This document shows positions 48,656-58,902 of a DNA stretch of 64,000 nt, in pieces. Position 1 is the first letter of the stretch; each line of letters starts with the position of its first letter. This DNA is from an uncultured Acholeplasma sp. (GTDB taxonomy: Bacteria > Bacillota_I > Bacilli_A > Acholeplasmatales > Acholeplasmataceae). The translations under genes and the position numbers were made by a program. The DNA is taken from NCBI GenBank assembly GCA_937934685.1, contig CALGYU010000019.1:7373-71372 (forward strand), in the 5' to 3' direction. The notes below the pieces were generated by a model, which saw only the letters and a list, made by a program, of their open reading frames with translations, ran no database searches and had not been told where the DNA came from.

Positions 48656-50358
48656 AATATACGCATCATAATAACGAATTAACCCTTCAAAACTTAAATC
48701 AAACAGTTATTTTAAAAGGATGGGTAGCTAAAAAAAGAAATTTAGGTGGACTTATCTTTATCGATTTAAGAGACCAAAAAGGTATTACCCAATTAGTTGT
48801 TAAACCAGAACATCCTAACTATGATGAAATCACTGAAGTTAAATCAGAATATGTAATTGAAGTTACAGGAAAAGTGATTGAAAGAGAAAGTAAAAATAAA
48901 AATATTGTTACTGGTGAGATTGAAGTACTTATTGAAACTTTAACCGTTTTAAACAAAGCAGAAACACCACCAATCAGCATGTTAGAAGATAGTGAGTCAT
49001 TAGAAGATACGAGACTAAAGTATCGTTATTTAGACTTAAGAAGACCTGCAGCACAAAAGTTTTTAATTAAAAGACATGAAATTGTTCAAGCAACTAGAGA
49101 AACACTAATTAATCATCAATTTTATGAATTAGAAACCCCTATTTTAGCGAAATCAACCCCTGAAGGAGCAAGAGATTATTTAGTCCCATCTAGACTTTAT
49201 CCGGGGCAATTTTATGCTTTACCACAGTCACCACAAATTTTTAAACAGTTATTTATGGTGGCTGGATTTGAAAGATATTTCCAAATTGCTAAATGTTTTA
49301 GAGATGAGGATTTAAGAGCTGATAGACAACCTGAATTTACTCAAGTGGATATAGAAGCATCTTTTATAGATCAAGATGACATTATGGCATTAACAGAAAA
49401 AATCTTTGCAAACTTCTTTAATAAAGTTTTAAATAAACCATTGGTTACACCATTTAGAAAAATGACATACCAAGAAGCTATGTCTTCTTATGGTAGTGAT
49501 AAACCAGATGTTAGATTTGAAACTTTAATTATAGATTTAAAAGACCAATTATCAACGTTTGATATTCCTCTTTTTGAAAATAAAGAAGCGATTAAAGGTT
49601 TAAAAGTAAAAAATGACGCTTCCCTTACTAGAAAAAAGATAGACGAATATACAGCGTTAGTTAAGAAACATCATGGAGAAGCATTAGCTTTTGTTAGAAA
49701 ACAAAATGGTGAACTATCAGGTTCAATTGCTAAATTTATGACAGATACCTCACTGATTAATGATGATGAATTACTATTCATCGTCCCTGGAAAGACAGAT
49801 GATGTTCTACAAGCTTTAGGAGCTTTAAGATTACAATTAGGAAAAGATTTAAATTTAATTGATGAATCAAAAGATGAATTATTATGGGTTGTAGATTGGC
49901 CGTTATTAGAATATGATGAAGAAGATCACAGATTTTATGCTAAACACCACCCATTTACAGCTAGCCAAGATTTTAATCAATTAAGTACAGATCCTAAAAA
50001 TGCCCTTGCAAAAGCATACGATATTGTTTGGAATGGTTATGAAGTTGGTGGAGGATCTATTAGAATACATAGACAAGACCATCAACAACTGATGTTTGAA
50101 ACCCTAGGATTTAGTGCAGAAGATATTAAAGAAAGATTTGGTTTTTTTGTAGACGCACTAAAATATGGAACACCACCACATGGTGGTATTGCCTTAGGTT
50201 TAGATAGAATTGTCATGCTTGCTACAAATACTTCAAATATTAAAGATGTGATTGCTTTCCCTAAAACACAAAGCGCAAAAGATTTAATGATGGATTCTCC
50301 TGGAATAGTAGAAGATATCCAACTGGAAGAACTACATTTAACGGTTAAAAACAAATGA
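48646..50358 (+). CDS. aspS: Aspartate--tRNA ligase
   Basis: FIDLRD, RYLDLRR, TPEGARDYLVPSR, FRDEDLRADRQPEF, PPHGGIALGLDR. Confidence 0.98.
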   Translation: MELKYTHHNNELTLQNLNQTVILKGWVAKKRNLGGLIFIDLRDQKGITQLVVKPEHPNYDEITEVKSEYVIEVTGKVIERESKNKNIVTGEIEVLIETLTVLNKAETPPISMLEDSESLEDTRLKYRYLDLRRPAAQKFLIKRHEIVQATRETLINHQFYELETPILAKSTPEGARDYLVPSRLYPGQFYALPQSPQIFKQLFMVAGFERYFQIAKCFRDEDLRADRQPEFTQVDIEASFIDQDDIMALTEKIFANFFNKVLNKPLVTPFRKMTYQEAMSSYGSDKPDVRFETLIIDLKDQLSTFDIPLFENKEAIKGLKVKNDASLTRKKIDEYTALVKKHHGEALAFVRKQNGELSGSIAKFMTDTSLINDDELLFIVPGKTDDVLQALGALRLQLGKDLNLIDESKDELLWVVDWPLLEYDEEDHRFYAKHHPFTASQDFNQLSTDPKNALAKAYDIVWNGYEVGGGSIRIHRQDHQQLMFETLGFSAEDIKERFGFFVDALKYGTPPHGGIALGLDRIVMLATNTSNIKDVIAFPKTQSAKDLMMDSPGIVEDIQLEELHLTVKNK

Positions 50359-50846
50359 ATAAAATCGTTATTGCAGGTGGATGTTTTTGGGGAGTAGAAG
50401 CTTATTTTAAACAACTCAAAGGAGTTGTTGACACATCTGTTGGCTATGCCAATGGTCATAAAAAAAACCCTACTTACCAAGAAGTTTGTACAGGTAATTA
50501 TGGTTTTGTAGAAGCATGTGAAATTACATTTGAACATTTAACACTCAATCAAGTTTTTGATCATTTATTTAGAATCATCAATCCCTATGCGATCAATAAG
50601 CAAGGCGGGGATGTTGGTATTCAGTATCGAACAGGTATTTACTATACAGATGATTTAGTGAAAAATGAGGCACTGGCATATATTGAAGAAAAACAGAAAG
50701 CATCAAGTTTAAAAATCGTTGTTGAAGTCAAAAAACTAGAAAATTATTATCTAGCTGAAGATTATCATCAAGACTATTTAGATAAAAACCCTAACGGGTA
50801 TTGTCATGTAAATTTAAACTTGGTTAAAAATGAGGAGAGAAAATGA
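50355..50846 (+). CDS. msrA: Peptide-methionine (S)-S-oxide reductase
   Basis: GGCFWG, GYANG, QG.DVG.QYRTGIY, AEDYHQDYL..NPNGYCH. Confidence 0.96.
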   Translation: MNKIVIAGGCFWGVEAYFKQLKGVVDTSVGYANGHKKNPTYQEVCTGNYGFVEACEITFEHLTLNQVFDHLFRIINPYAINKQGGDVGIQYRTGIYYTDDLVKNEALAYIEEKQKASSLKIVVEVKKLENYYLAEDYHQDYLDKNPNGYCHVNLNLVKNEERK

Positions 50847-51325
50847 AAAGAGACTCTTATATTACGTGGGATCAATATTTTATGGGAGTAGCCCAGCTAT
50901 CTTCTTTAAGAAGTAAAGATCCTAGTACGCAAGTAGGTGCTTGTATTGTTAATAATGATAAACGTATCATCGGTATTGGTTATAATGGCTTGCCTAGGGG
51001 ATGTGAAGATGATGTTTTCCCTTGGGAAAGAGAAGGGAAAGACACTACTTTAACCAAATACCCTTATGTTGTTCATGCGGAAGCTAATGCTATTTTAAAT
51101 GCGACCAAAGAACTAAAAGGTTCCTCTATTTATGTGACTCTTTTTCCGTGTAATGAATGTATGAAACTTATTATACAAAGTGGTATAGAAGAAATTGTCT
51201 ATGCTTCTAATAAATATGAAGGAACAGAAGTTAACCGTGCATCTGTTAAAATGATGGAACACGCAGGCATTAAGACTAGAAAAGTAAGTATTCCTCACAT
51301 CATCATTGAAAGTACAGAAGAATGA
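50843..51325 (+). CDS. dCMP deaminase (ComEB-like)
   Basis: RSKDPSTQVGACI, GYNG, HAEANA, PCNEC. Confidence 0.93.
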   Translation: MKRDSYITWDQYFMGVAQLSSLRSKDPSTQVGACIVNNDKRIIGIGYNGLPRGCEDDVFPWEREGKDTTLTKYPYVVHAEANAILNATKELKGSSIYVTLFPCNECMKLIIQSGIEEIVYASNKYEGTEVNRASVKMMEHAGIKTRKVSIPHIIIESTEE

Positions 51326-51705
51326 AAAAGTTTTGGGAAAAATATAAATTATATAAAGAATTACTGTATAGAATTAATACCAAATCATCGTTTGGTCAAA
51401 TCATTTCTGCGATGTTTTTAGGTATTTTAACAAGTACACTCATTGTGTTACCATTTGTTTTACTCGTTCTTTATTTGATCATGAATTTTGAGTATAAAAT
51501 GGTTTTCACAGGTGTCCTTTTCTTGTTAATTATCGTTGCGGTTTTTCTTTACTTTTTCTTTAATTATTTTTGGTTAAAAAAAATGAATAAAACTTTAAAA
51601 AATGTACATACAAGATTACTTATATTATTTCAAGGAATCGGTGTTTCTTTAATAGTTGTGATATTTGGAGTATTATTTTTAATCCAAATGATAGGTAAGG
51701 TGTAA
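51322..51705 (+). CDS. Hypothetical membrane protein (3 TM)
   Basis: Three hydrophobic segments; ATGA overlap with upstream gene. Confidence 0.7.
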   Translation: MKKFWEKYKLYKELLYRINTKSSFGQIISAMFLGILTSTLIVLPFVLLVLYLIMNFEYKMVFTGVLFLLIIVAVFLYFFFNYFWLKKMNKTLKNVHTRLLILFQGIGVSLIVVIFGVLFLIQMIGKV

Positions 51706-51707
51706 AT

Positions 51708-52205
51708 ATGATTATAGGTATATTAGTGGTTTTAGGAGCCATTTTATTAGATCAGTCAAGTAAATACTTAATGCAATACTTACTTGATTCAAGTCAGACT
51801 AAAGTAGTTATTCCTCATATTTTAGAGTTTAAATACTTTGAAAACTCTGGTGCGGCTTGGGGAAGTTTTGAGGGTCAATATGGTCTGTTTTTTGTCATAA
51901 CTATTGTCGTTTTAGTTATCTTAGGCTATTTATTTACCAAAATAGATTTTAAAACTAAGAAAGTTTATACATTGGCGATTACCTTTTTAATTGGTGGTAC
52001 CATAGGTAATGCTTTAGATCGTGTGATTTTAGGTTATGTGATTGACTTTCTACACATCCCATTTTTTGATTATCTTTTATTTGGGCATAATTTTGTCTTT
52101 AATTTTGCAGATATCTTTTTAACCTTTGGGGTTGTTTTATTTGCTATTGACATTCTCTTTTTAGAAGGTAGAAGAAAGGCAGTAGAAAATGAAACTGATC
52201 GTTGA
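51708..52205 (+). CDS. lspA: Lipoprotein signal peptidase II
   Basis: LDQ.SK, NSGAAWG, GGTIGNALDR, VIDF, VFNFAD. Confidence 0.96.
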   Translation: MIIGILVVLGAILLDQSSKYLMQYLLDSSQTKVVIPHILEFKYFENSGAAWGSFEGQYGLFFVITIVVLVILGYLFTKIDFKTKKVYTLAITFLIGGTIGNALDRVILGYVIDFLHIPFFDYLLFGHNFVFNFADIFLTFGVVLFAIDILFLEGRRKAVENETDR

Positions 52206-53085
52206 AATTGAAAATGAAAACACTAGGTTAGACCAATATTTAACAGAGAAACTAGAAATCTCTAGAAGTCAGTGTCAACAACTCATTAAAGCTGGTCATG
52301 TTTTAATTAATGGACAAAAAGAAAAAACAGGGTATATGATTAAAGAAGATGATGAAATAGTTGTACAAATACCTGAAAAAGAAGGGAAAATGGAGATAAT
52401 GCCAATCCCTATGAATTTAGAAATAGTCTATGAGGATGAATATTTAGCAATTATTAATAAACCAAAAGGATTGGTGGTTCATCCGGCCAATAGTTATAAA
52501 GAAGAAACGCTGGTTCATGGGATCATGCATCAAATCAAACCATTATCAACCGTTAATGGTGAGTTTAGACCTGGTATTGTTCATAGGTTAGATAAAGAAA
52601 CCAGTGGATTATTGGTTATCGCAAAAGATAATCAAACACATGAGTTATTATCTGAAATGCTTAAGAAACATGAAATCAACAGACATTATAAGGCGTTAAT
52701 CTATGGTTCTATTGAAGATGAAGGAAAAATTGATGCACCCATCTTGAGACATCCAGTTAATCGATTAAAAATGGCTGTTATTAAAAATGGTAAAGAAGCT
52801 GTAACTCACTTTAAAACTTTAAAAAGATATGAGGAATATTCTTTAATTGAATGTCAATTAGAAACAGGAAGGACTCATCAAATTAGGGTACATTTATCTT
52901 ATATTGATCATCCAATCTTAGGAGATGCTCTTTATGGTCCTAAAAAAGTTTATGGCACAACGGGACAGTTTCTACATGCATATAAACTGTCTTTAATACA
53001 TCCAATCACTCATGAATCTTTATCTTTTGAAATTCCTTTAAATAAAGAATTTCAACAACTTCTAGATACCTTAGACCAGGCCTAA
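52189..53085 (+). CDS. rluD: RluA/RluD-family pseudouridine synthase
   Basis: S4 RLDQYL, NKPKGLVVHP, HRLDKETSG, TGRTHQIRVH; lspA-rluD synteny. Confidence 0.9.
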   Translation: MKLIVEIENENTRLDQYLTEKLEISRSQCQQLIKAGHVLINGQKEKTGYMIKEDDEIVVQIPEKEGKMEIMPIPMNLEIVYEDEYLAIINKPKGLVVHPANSYKEETLVHGIMHQIKPLSTVNGEFRPGIVHRLDKETSGLLVIAKDNQTHELLSEMLKKHEINRHYKALIYGSIEDEGKIDAPILRHPVNRLKMAVIKNGKEAVTHFKTLKRYEEYSLIECQLETGRTHQIRVHLSYIDHPILGDALYGPKKVYGTTGQFLHAYKLSLIHPITHESLSFEIPLNKEFQQLLDTLDQA

Positions 53086-53149
53086 TTTGACATTTATCTT
53101 ATATAGGGTAAAATTGAAGTATATAAAATAATGAAAACGGAGTGATATT

Positions 53150-53461
53150 ATGAATTGTCCATCATGTGGTTTTGAGTACACATATGAAGAAAATGATTTT
53201 TTGGTTTGTTCTGCTTGTCAGTATCAATGGAAACCAGAATCTGGAGAAAAAGAATACTTTGATGCTTTTGGGAACAAATTAGAAGATGGTGATTCAGTCA
53301 TTGTCTTAAAGGATTTAAAAGTAAAAGGAAGTAGTTTAGTTGTTAAGCAAGGGACTAAAGTTTCCAATATTAAGTTGGTAGATTCTGATCACGATATTGA
53401 TTGTAGAATACCTGGAATTGGTAAAATGAGTTTAAAAACCGAGTTTGTTAAAAAAGCATAA
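53150..53461 (+). CDS. PhnA/YjdM zinc-ribbon protein
   Basis: CPSC...YTYE...CSAC..QW; DAFGN.L.DGDSV...KDLKVKG; LKTEFVKKA. Confidence 0.92.
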   Translation: MNCPSCGFEYTYEENDFLVCSACQYQWKPESGEKEYFDAFGNKLEDGDSVIVLKDLKVKGSSLVVKQGTKVSNIKLVDSDHDIDCRIPGIGKMSLKTEFVKKA

Positions 53462-53514
53462 TTGAAATTTTGTGATAAAATATAAATATAAACTAGGAAA
53501 GAGAGATCCAAAAT

Positions 53515-53973
53515 ATGGCAAAAGGTAAAAGAAAGAATAGTCAAATTAGATTGGTGGTCGCTATTTTAGCAATAGCCGCTACAGTAATGGTAGCTTTTGA
53601 TGGTCTTAAAAGTGGAGAGTATGTTGCTAAAGGTTATGAATTAGCGTTTGGTGCAGATCTGTTATCGGTAGGACAAACATCCTTTGCTAAATTGAATTTT
53701 AACGTTTTTGCATTTGCTGGATATTTCTTACCACTTGCAGCTGCAGTTATCATCTTTGTTGTAAAAGGTAGGGTCGGCGCGTTAGCATCAGCTTTATGTT
53801 TAATTGGTGCAAGTGTTGTTTTATTTATTTTACCAGGTTTAATTGAAGTAGAATATCTTCTTGTTGGACCTAAGTTAACATGGGATTTTTCATGGGGCTT
53901 ACTGGTTTCAGTTGGATTATCTGCTTTAGCTGGTATCGGAGCATTATACGAAAGTTTTCTTGAATTAAAATAA
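53515..53973 (+). CDS. Hypothetical membrane protein (4 TM)
   Basis: Four hydrophobic segments; own extended -10 TGATAAAAT at 53473. Confidence 0.7.
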   Translation: MAKGKRKNSQIRLVVAILAIAATVMVAFDGLKSGEYVAKGYELAFGADLLSVGQTSFAKLNFNVFAFAGYFLPLAAAVIIFVVKGRVGALASALCLIGASVVLFILPGLIEVEYLLVGPKLTWDFSWGLLVSVGLSALAGIGALYESFLELK

Positions 53974-53975
53974 GC

Positions 53976-54010
53976 AAAAGGTCATATCAAATTGATATGA
54001 CCCTTTTTTT
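53976..54010. terminator. Bidirectional terminator
   Basis: ggtcatatcaa/ttgatatgacc arms flanked by A and T runs. Confidence 0.78.
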
Positions 54011-54020
54011 ATAGTTGAAG

Positions 54021-54899
54021 TTATTTTAAGTATGCTAATATTTTATCGATTGTTTTTTGATCCAGTTCTTTTGATAATTTAGAATCAACATAAGGAAACT
54101 CTTGAAATGAAAAAGACTCTTTATCCCAATCTTGATATCTTTCTTCGTAAAACTCGCCTTCAAAAGAACAATTTAGAAAATAAGTTTTTCCGTGTTCACG
54201 CCATGGTCTAGCTAAATAAGCTTTTAACGGCGAATGATTAATGATTTTGCAATCATTAAAAACAAACCCAAACTCATAAGATTCATAAGTAGAAGGAGCA
54301 GCAATATAAGCATAATTTTCTGTGTTAATGATATGGATATCACAATTATCAAAAAAGGCTGTTCCTGAACCGAAAATAAAGTCTACGTTTCCATCAATTC
54401 TACAGTTTTTAAATAAAGAAGAAACAAAATGCGTATGTCTCATCGCAAGCGGTAAAATGTGAAAATATCTTTCTGCTAAGTCTGTTGGAAGAGGGCCTAT
54501 AAATAAAGTGTCTTGATTGCCTTTTAAATGACAATTAACGGCTTTAAAGTCATTGCCATAGACACTTAACGCAATGGCTTGTCCTATGGTTTTTTTAGCA
54601 GGTCCTGCGCTGTTTTCTATGGTGATGTTTTCAAATGAGACGTTTGTTGCAATCACATCAATAGTAGAAGTTCTAAAGGTGTTATAAAGTAAGCCATCTG
54701 AATGAATTTTATAGTTATAATCACCATAAGAAATGATGGTGTTTTCTAAATCAGTGCCTTTAATGGTTAAGTGATTGTGGGTGATGTATAATTTTTCATA
54801 ATAGATTCCAGGTGCTAAGATTAAAGTCAAATGTTCTTCTGAATGGTTGTTTAGAGTTTTTTGAATGCTATCAAGTGGTGTTAAATGTATTGTTTTCAT
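54021..54899 (-). CDS. Pectinesterase (pectin methylesterase, CE8)
   Basis: PGIYYEKL, TIENSAG, GQAIAL, GNQDTLF, GNVDFIFG, YLARPW; no signal peptide. Confidence 0.92.
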   Translation of the reverse strand: MKTIHLTPLDSIQKTLNNHSEEHLTLILAPGIYYEKLYITHNHLTIKGTDLENTIISYGDYNYKIHSDGLLYNTFRTSTIDVIATNVSFENITIENSAGPAKKTIGQAIALSVYGNDFKAVNCHLKGNQDTLFIGPLPTDLAERYFHILPLAMRHTHFVSSLFKNCRIDGNVDFIFGSGTAFFDNCDIHIINTENYAYIAAPSTYESYEFGFVFNDCKIINHSPLKAYLARPWREHGKTYFLNCSFEGEFYEERYQDWDKESFSFQEFPYVDSKLSKELDQKTIDKILAYLK

Positions 54900-55019
54900 A
54901 TGTCCTCCATAAATTAAGTTGCTATAAACATTATACCAAAAGTAGATATTAATACAACTTTACTTTTAGAATAAAACGGTTTATTATGTTATAATATGGG
55001 CATCATAAAGGGTGATTAT

Positions 55020-55952
55020 ATGGAAGATTATGGATACGGTAAAGCGTATGGTAAAGTGATTTTAATAGGGGAACACTCAGTTGTTTATCATAAACCCGCG
55101 ATTGCCTTGCCGTTAAAGAATTTAAAAGTAGAAACTTATATTACAAAATCAACTGAAGATATAACTGTGGATTCAATCTTTTACCAAGGTTTTTTAAAGG
55201 ATGCGCCTAATTTAGAGGGCATTAAAGTGTTGGTTTTAGAGACCCATTTATTTTTAAATAGAAAACCTGAGAAAATACATATTAAAATCGATTCAAAAGT
55301 TCCTGAAAAAAGAGGGTTAGGATCTTCTGCAGCAGTATCTGTTTCAGTAGTTAGAGCCTTATTTAATTACTATAAAGAAGAATTGACTTTAGAGACTTTA
55401 AAGAAATTAGCACATCAAGCAGAAATGATTCATCATATTGACCCTAGTGGTTTGGATGCAGAAACGGTTTTAAGTGAGGAAGCTATTTTTTTTGTTAAGC
55501 ATAAAACAATAGAAAAAATAGAAGTTAATCTTAATGGCATCTTAGTGGTTGCGGATACAGGGGTTCACGGACATACAAAAGATGCGGTTTCAAACGTTAA
55601 AAAATTGTTGGTAGAAGATGAAATGAAAGTTAGAAATGCTATGGATCAATTAGAAGATTTAACTCAACAAGCAAAAACTTTTATTCAAACAGATGAATTA
55701 GAAAAATTAGGAAGTATCATGACAAAGGCTCATCACATATTAGATGAGTTAGAAGTTAGCGATCAAACGCTTAATGATTTGGTGAATTTAGCTCTTAAAA
55801 ATCAAGCTTTAGGGGCAAAACTTACCGGAGGCGGTAAGGGTGGAAGTATGATAGCATTGATGAGAAACATGGAAGAGGCCTTAAAATTAAAAGATGTTTT
55901 TCATAATTATGGACTTAAAAATGTTTGGCTACATCATTTAAAAGGGGAATAG
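55020..55952 (+). CDS. mvk: Mevalonate kinase
   Basis: GKVILIGEHSVVY, RGLGSSAA, PSGLD, GAKLTGGGKGG. Confidence 0.95.
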   Translation: MEDYGYGKAYGKVILIGEHSVVYHKPAIALPLKNLKVETYITKSTEDITVDSIFYQGFLKDAPNLEGIKVLVLETHLFLNRKPEKIHIKIDSKVPEKRGLGSSAAVSVSVVRALFNYYKEELTLETLKKLAHQAEMIHHIDPSGLDAETVLSEEAIFFVKHKTIEKIEVNLNGILVVADTGVHGHTKDAVSNVKKLLVEDEMKVRNAMDQLEDLTQQAKTFIQTDELEKLGSIMTKAHHILDELEVSDQTLNDLVNLALKNQALGAKLTGGGKGGSMIALMRNMEEALKLKDVFHNYGLKNVWLHHLKGE

Positions 55953-55953
55953 T

Positions 55954-56904
55954 ATGAAAGCGAAAGTAAGAGCACATGCCAATATTGCTTTAATCAAATA
56001 TTGGGGTAAAAAAAATGAAGCTTATAAAATACCTTATCAATCAAGTATTTCGTTGACCTTAGATCAATTTTATACTGAGACTGAAGTGATGTATGATAAG
56101 CAGTTAGAAGAAGATATCCTTTTTATTAATGGTAAGAAAGTCGAAGGGGCTAGGAAAAAAAGAGTTTCTAGTTTTTTAGACTGGATTAGAAAGACGTATC
56201 AAATACCTTATCATGCCTACATTTATTCTTTTAACCATGTCCCAGAAGCCGCTGGATTGGCCTCATCTGCATCTGCGTTTGCTGCGTTAGGTGTGGCTGC
56301 TTTAAAAGCCTATGGCATCACTGTTTCAAATGAGGAAATGTCTAAAGTCGCTCGATTTGGATCAGGGTCAGCTTCAAGATCTATTTATGCTGGTTTTGTG
56401 GCTTGGCAAAAAGGATTTGATCATGAAAGTAGTTTCAGTTACCCGCTTAACATTGTTTGGCCGGAATTCAGAATGATTGCGTGCTTAGTTAATGAAAAAG
56501 AAAAGTTATTTTTAAGTAATCAAACAATGAAAGAAACAGTTTTAGAATCACCCTTTTATCAAGAATGGGTTTTAGAAGCAGAAAAAGATTTTGAATTGAT
56601 GCTTACGTATCTTAAAGAAAAAGATATTCATAAAGTTGGGCTACTGGCTCAAAAAAATGCATTAAAAATGCACGCAACTATTTTATCGATTGGTAAGTGG
56701 TATTTTGAACCTAAGACAATTGCTATTTTAAACAAACTTTATCAGTTACAAAGCCAGGGAATTCCAGCTTATTTTACAATGGATGCTGGTCCAAACGTTA
56801 AAATTTTAACAACCGAAACTTATGTTAAACAGGTGCTTGATGCATTGGGTGATTTAACACAAACAGTTGTTTGTAAAAGTGGTCCAGGGGTTGAATTTAT
56901 ATGA
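55954..56904 (+). CDS. mvaD: Diphosphomevalonate decarboxylase
   Basis: NIALIKYWGK, AAGLASSAS, RFGSGSASRS, TMDAGPNVK. Confidence 0.97.
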   Translation: MKAKVRAHANIALIKYWGKKNEAYKIPYQSSISLTLDQFYTETEVMYDKQLEEDILFINGKKVEGARKKRVSSFLDWIRKTYQIPYHAYIYSFNHVPEAAGLASSASAFAALGVAALKAYGITVSNEEMSKVARFGSGSASRSIYAGFVAWQKGFDHESSFSYPLNIVWPEFRMIACLVNEKEKLFLSNQTMKETVLESPFYQEWVLEAEKDFELMLTYLKEKDIHKVGLLAQKNALKMHATILSIGKWYFEPKTIAILNKLYQLQSQGIPAYFTMDAGPNVKILTTETYVKQVLDALGDLTQTVVCKSGPGVEFI

Positions 56905-57920
56905 AAATAAAAATTCCTGGAAAATTGTTTTTAGTTGGTGAGTATTCAGTTTTAAAAACTGGTCAAAATGCAATCATTATGGGTGTTAATAAATTTTTAA
57001 AAGTTTCAATAAAAAAAGATGAAACCCATTTTTTAATTGAAACCAATAAAGGATCATTATCTTTTAACGATTCTCTACAAATGAGTGAAACCAATTTAAA
57101 ACATGTAACATATGCTGTTAAAATGGCACATCAATATTTAGAGTATCTTCAAGTAAAACCCATGTTTTATCATATAGTTATTAAAAGCGAGTTAGAATCA
57201 GAAGGTAAAAAATATGGTCTAGGTTCCAGTGGAGCTGTTATCATAGGCATTTTAAAAAGTATTTTACTGTTTCATAAAATCAATATTTCAGATTTGGATT
57301 TGTTTAAATTAGCGGTATTAACACAGTTGAAAATGGATGACATCACATCAGGTGGTGATTTAGCCGCAAACATTTATGGTGGGATGGTTTATTATGAGAG
57401 ATATGATTTAAACTGGCTTTTAGAAAATCAAGATCTTTCTGTTATAAGTAAAGATTGGCCAGGATTAGTGATTAAGGAAATTGCGTATCCAAATTTAAAG
57501 TTAGTGGTTGGATGGACAAAAAAAATATCATTAACTAAAGAGAAGATTAAAGATTTTAAAAGAAAAGAGATCGCACCTTCGTGGTATGAAAATGCCTTTG
57601 AAGTTGTTTTAAACACCAAAAAGGCGTTATTAGAAGATGATTTTTATAGGCTTAGACAAAATATTTTAAAATATCAGGAATTGTTAAATGAATTAGAAAA
57701 TGATTATGGATATCTGATTAATACTAAGGCACTTCAGTTAATAAACCAGAGTGTGAATCAATTAGGATATGCAGGTAAAATATCAGGTGCTGGCCATGGA
57801 GATTGTGGCATTGGTGTTTACCAACAAAGAAAATGTCATAAAAAACTATATCAGACGTGGCAAGAAAATGATATTGAGCCATTGAAAATAAATATATGGA
57901 GGAAGAAACATGAGATCTAA
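56901..57920 (+). CDS. mvaK2: Phosphomevalonate kinase
   Basis: PGKLFLVGEY, KKYGLGSSGA, SGGDLAA, KISGAGHGDCG. Confidence 0.93.
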   Translation: MKIKIPGKLFLVGEYSVLKTGQNAIIMGVNKFLKVSIKKDETHFLIETNKGSLSFNDSLQMSETNLKHVTYAVKMAHQYLEYLQVKPMFYHIVIKSELESEGKKYGLGSSGAVIIGILKSILLFHKINISDLDLFKLAVLTQLKMDDITSGGDLAANIYGGMVYYERYDLNWLLENQDLSVISKDWPGLVIKEIAYPNLKLVVGWTKKISLTKEKIKDFKRKEIAPSWYENAFEVVLNTKKALLEDDFYRLRQNILKYQELLNELENDYGYLINTKALQLINQSVNQLGYAGKISGAGHGDCGIGVYQQRKCHKKLYQTWQENDIEPLKINIWRKKHEI

Positions 57921-58890
57921 AAGAAAAGATGAGCACGTTTTATATGCTTTAAAACAAGAAATCAAAACCAATGATTTTGATTTAGTTAGATTGTTTCATC
58001 ACTCATTAATTGATCATGATATCGATGAAATTAGTTTAGAAACCCAAATGTTTGGGCAACAGTTTTCATATCCATTTTATATAAATGCCATGACTGGCGG
58101 TAGTCAAAACACTAAAATCATTAATGAAAAATTAGCAATGCTTGCTAGTCACTTTAATTTAGCAATGGTTGTAGGATCACAACATGCGGCACTCAAAGAT
58201 AACACTTTAATAGAAACTTATGACATTGTTAGAAAAAAAAATGAACATGGGTTTATGATAGCCAATGTCTCTGCTAATGCGAGTTTAAAAGAAGCTTTAA
58301 GTGCTGTCAAGATGATTAAGGCTAATGCTTTAAGTATTCATTTAAATCCGATTCAAGAATTAGTGATGCATGAAGGAGATCGTAGGTTTAAACATACAAA
58401 GGCTAATATTAAAGAAATCATCACCTCTTTATCGGTTCCCGTGATTGTTAAAGAAGTTGGTTTTGGTATGTCAGATGAAACCATGAAAGAACTGATTGAT
58501 TTAGGCGTGAAATACATTGATGTCAGTGGTATGGGTGGAACTAATTTTGCGAAAATAGAAAATGATCGCATGAAAAGAGAAGATCAGTTTTTAGAAACGT
58601 TTGGATTCTCAACAGTTGAGAGTTTGATGTTAAGCCAAAAGTATCAGAAAGAAGCGCAAATCATTGCCTCTGGTGGTGTTAGAAATGCTTTTGATATTGT
58701 AAAATCACTGGTTTTAGGAGCTGATTTTGTTGGTATGTCTCAATTCTTTTTAAAATTGATTCAAAACGATTGGGAAACACAAGTATTAAGTATTGAAACT
58801 TTAATAGAAGATATTAAGAAAATTATGTTGTTGTTAAATGTAAAAACAATTAATGAATTAAAGAAAGTTAAATATCAATTTAGAAAATAA
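57910..58890 (+). CDS. fni: Type 2 isopentenyl-diphosphate delta-isomerase
   Basis: RKDEH, INAMTGG, GSQ, HLNPIQE, KEVGFGM, GGTNF, SGGVR. Confidence 0.96.
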   Translation: MRSKRKDEHVLYALKQEIKTNDFDLVRLFHHSLIDHDIDEISLETQMFGQQFSYPFYINAMTGGSQNTKIINEKLAMLASHFNLAMVVGSQHAALKDNTLIETYDIVRKKNEHGFMIANVSANASLKEALSAVKMIKANALSIHLNPIQELVMHEGDRRFKHTKANIKEIITSLSVPVIVKEVGFGMSDETMKELIDLGVKYIDVSGMGGTNFAKIENDRMKREDQFLETFGFSTVESLMLSQKYQKEAQIIASGGVRNAFDIVKSLVLGADFVGMSQFFLKLIQNDWETQVLSIETLIEDIKKIMLLLNVKTINELKKVKYQFRK

Positions 58891-58902
58891 GCAGGTGGAA
58901 TA

